From Reclinomonas americana ATCC 50394 (Eukaryota): 45,511 nt of DNA. A program made the position numbers and the translations under genes. The stretch is from the NCBI GenBank assembly GCA_048213135.1, contig PS015072.1, positions 259,403 through 304,913 of the forward strand, written 5' to 3'. The notes under the pieces were generated by a model, which was not told the origin of the DNA, did not search any database, and saw nothing but the letters and a program-made list of their open reading frames with translations. Shown one piece after another: positions 42,158-45,511 of the stretch (positions are counted from its first letter, which is position 1; each line of letters opens with the position of its first letter).

Positions 42158-44413
42158 TTTGAATCTTTGCGATCGTCTAAGACTGATGCTTGTCAACGCA
42201 GTGGAACAAGGGAAGAAGGCGAAACGTGCGGACCTGCTTGTCCACCACCGCGACAGGCTTGGCATCAACTACGTGACTGCCGACGCCGAGATGCAGAAGG
42301 AGTACGGAGAGCTTGAGCATTTGTGCGTCACTGTCTTATTGAGTGTATTATCTACACACTGTGTCGTGTGTGATGCGACCTCATTCTCGTCTGCGCAGCT
42401 ATTCGTTCACCGCCTTTCAGCGCCTGTTCAGCACCACCGCGTTCCACGCTGACTTTGTGAAGACCGTGGTCAACGGATGCGCGTGCTTGAAGACGCTGCT
42501 GATTGCGATTGGCAACTCCACGGCACAGGATGCCGTGTTCTTCAGCTGGCTGTTGGCGCCTCTTGGCCTGTCGCTGTGGCAATTCGCTCCATATTTCAAC
42601 ATCCACGGGACGTCCGATGATGTTCGTGTCTCTGGCGTTCGCGTCACGGTGATTGGCACCTGGGACCTTGAAGAGGGTGGCGGCCGTGGCTCTCGTTTCG
42701 TCTTTTGATACAAGTTCGACTTTGTGTATGCATTCTCAACACTTTGTACGTCACTTATCGCAGGAGTCGGATCTGTGGCGTCGCTGCTGCAAGCTCAATT
42801 GCGCGTATTTCGCGCTGTTCGCCACACTGCGCACTTGGTTCGCGACAGCTTGCTGAGGGCCCGCACAGGACTTGTTGTTGACATTCCTCGTGTTGAAATG
42901 GTGTCGTTGATGCCCGCGGAAATCTCATCGACAAGCTTCTTTGGTCGTCTCGATGACGGCAAGAAGAGTGACAAGGAGGTGGCGGCGAGTGACAATGTCA
43001 ACGAGGATGCACTGTTGCCGTTGCCTGGACCCGGTGTTGACACTGTCGACGTCCTCCGCTCTGAGGCACACGTTGTGGTGGTGGTCGACAAGGGTTCGTT
43101 CATTTGTGTGTGCACTGCTGTGTGTGTATGTGGTTGTGTATGTGTGTGTGTATGTGTGTGTGTATGCGTGTGTGTATTTTTCTTGTGACTTATGCAAGCG
43201 ATGTTGGCGTGTCTCAGAGCGACGCATTGTGACCAAGTGGGGAAAGAGTCGGGAGAAACGCGAGGCGAACAGCGTACGAGCTGAAGCCGTGGTGCTGCGG
43301 CGGGTGTTGGGGAGCGACGATGTCACGTTCTTGCCGTCGGTCATCGCGCACGGCTGGCATCGCCAGAAGCGAGACTGGTTCGGATTCAGCATGCCGTTTT
43401 ACGGCAACGACGTGCCGGATCCATTCGACGAGAGTGAAGTGCGGCAGTACATGACGGACGTGACGCGTGCGCTGGCGTACGCTCACCGCTGCGGTGTTGT
43501 GCATGGCGATGTTCGTCTCGGCAACGTCTTCTACAGCCGTGAGCATCGACGAGCCGTGCTTGGTGACTTTGGCCACGCGCGCAAGCTGAACAGAGACGGT
43601 CTGGTGTCGGGAGGTGCTGGGACGTACGGATACCAGGTATCTATGTCTGCGATGTGTTTTTTTTCTTGTTGCAGAAGGAGAGAATGACCTGTGCACGTGA
43701 GCAGCCGCCTGAGATCTTTGTGTCGGACAGCGACATGGACGAACTCCCGCAGTACTCGACGGCCGCCGACTCGTGGTGCCTCGGACTGCTGCTGGTGGAG
43801 GTGATGTCGGGCTGCTTGCTGCATGGCGATAGCGACGGGTTCGTGGCGTTCGAGCCGAGTGAGGTTCTCGATGTGGCGCGAGAAGTGATGCTGGACGAGG
43901 TGCCTGCGATGCACCGCCGCCACTCCGGGCAGGAGATGTGCCCCAAGTACGTGCAGCAGGCAGCCAAGTTGTTCAAGAGGCTGACGGTGATGGAGCCCGA
44001 GGAGCGTCTGCTGGCCGGCGACGCTCTGATGCACGCGTTCATGGTGCAGCCGACAGCACCGATGATAGTGGAGGTATGTGCGAGTGGTATATACAATTGT
44101 GTGTCTACATCGTGTGAGTTGACAGGCCCCACAGCGTGTGCATGTGAGCACGTGCACGACACCGGGTGCGGAGCGAGCAGTTGTGTCGGCAGAGCCGCCA
44201 CCACCACCACCACCGCTCTCAGCGGCCTCGGAAGCAGCGCTTGTGGAGGAGGATCACGATGGCTCTTCGGGATCCAGCTCAACGCACTCCAGCGCCACTG
44301 GCAGCCCAGAGTCCCAGCTTGCGCATTCGGAGGCGGATGTCGGTGAACGAAGCGGAGTCGTTCTTCCGCTTGATCTTGACGTGGCTGTCGATCAGCTTCG
44401 CACTATGTCTTAA
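42158..44413 (+). CDS. Multi-exon Ser/Thr protein kinase, Crinkler-kinase-like; 5' end unresolved
   Basis: IVTKWG...RAEAVVL, ALAYAHRCGVVHGDVRLGNVF, LGDFGHA, GTYGYQ|PPE, ADSWCLG, PEERL. Last intron 44074-44125 leads to the stop at 44413. Acceptor at 42157 follows the long (GT)n. Confidence 0.8.
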
Positions 44414-45189
44414 CAACGCGAAGAAGAAGATCAAGGAGATGATGATGACGATAATGAGCAGTAGCAGAAAAGAGAGAGAAGGACGAAAACGCATCACAAA
44501 CGCGCGCACATTGTCGATTTACAAAAGGCGCGCAAAACTTGTGCTTTTGTAAAACACACGCAAGTTTGTCAGCGCAGTGTAGGGCATCCCTTGACACGCG
44601 CAGACACACACACACGCATACGCAAGAGGCACAAGGGCGCGAAAAAAACGGGCAACTTTGTCGCACACCTCCAGCTGCTGCGGCTACTTAAAGGGACCGT
44701 TACTACTATAAAATTCGAATTGTCCAGAAACGTGAGCGGGAATGCGTGTTTTTGCACCTTCGAGAGCAAAGACAACTCGGTCATCCCGAACAAAAATGAC
44801 CACACACACTCAGCAGTGCACTGTGGCGTGTCTCTCTGGGTGCCAACGTGTAGGGGTGGTGTTCCTCGTGGTGTGTGAGCACACAGTTCGTGTGTGCAGT
44901 GGAAATGGGGGGCGTGTGGTTGACGACATGGGAGGAAATTGCCACCAATACACACTCGACAAGTTTGGCCCTTCCACTGCCCCACACGCCGCAAAAACAC
45001 ACTCCCAGCACTCTGTGACTATGTGCACTCATGCTCCTCTAAGTGGCGGCTCTTGCCGATGAGCAGAACGTGAGATCGAATTTCGGGTGTCCACCCGCGA
45101 AAATAGGTACAAGGGTCCCTTTAAGCTTGCAAGAGCGCGCCAGATGATGATGCCTTGCCGAGCTGTCGCATGCGATGGACGTACGTCCC

Positions 45190-45300
45190 GTCGCGCAGAG
45201 CGCTCAACATTGCCACCAGTTGTCAGTCGCAACGTTGCCACCAGTTGTCGCGCAGAGCGCTCAACGTTGCCACCAGTTGTCATGATCAGTCGCAACGTTG
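45190..45300. repeat. Short compound tandem repeat
   Basis: GTCGCGCAGAGCGCTCAAC(A/G)TTGCCACCAGTTGTC occurs twice, interleaved with AGTCGCAACGTTG; TTGCCACCAGTTGTC occurs three times. Confidence 0.8.
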
Positions 45301-45511
45301 TCCAGATTTCCACTGTCATTCGTTTTTCACTTTCTTTCCTATTGAAATGTGGTGAATGAAGTGTTTTGTTGTTCGAGTCTGCTTGCGCGGAACGCTGGAT
45401 GATATCGATATCGCGAGGATCGAGACAAATGCGTGTCCCAAGCGCGATCGATTGTCCCACAGATCCCCACACAGCGATGAGCAGACGAGGTTGATCACTC
45501 TCTCTCTCTCT

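Overview
Gapped draft assembly of a GC-rich, intron-rich eukaryote, probably a protist. It has short GT-AG introns with CTCAC/CTGAC-like branch points, abundant (CT)n/(GT)n tracts and TACG-rich junk beside gaps. About eight host genes are supported: a secreted NHL + FN3-like + cadherin-like protein (-), an intronless WD40 protein (-), an IRAK/Pelle(RLK)-like kinase with a helical N-terminus (+), a secreted GH113-type glycoside hydrolase with eight ShK-like Cys repeats (+), an 18-exon animal-type heme peroxidase (+), a PUB-UBX protein (-), a Q-rich hypothetical protein (-) and a Crinkler-like kinase (+). The GH113 gene is the most striking locus because it carries two mobile elements. Intron 1 holds a ~4.9 kb DIRS-like retroelement with an RS-rich gag-like ORF, an open RT-RNaseH-adenine methylase ORF, a stop-free 941-codon overlapping frame and 15-bp inverted ends, but no tyrosine recombinase. 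A coding exon is split by a ~3.3 kb non-autonomous CAC-terminated DNA transposon with 42-bp TIRs, an ACG target duplication and subterminal repeats. Gene models and family calls come from reading motifs by eye; no searches were run.
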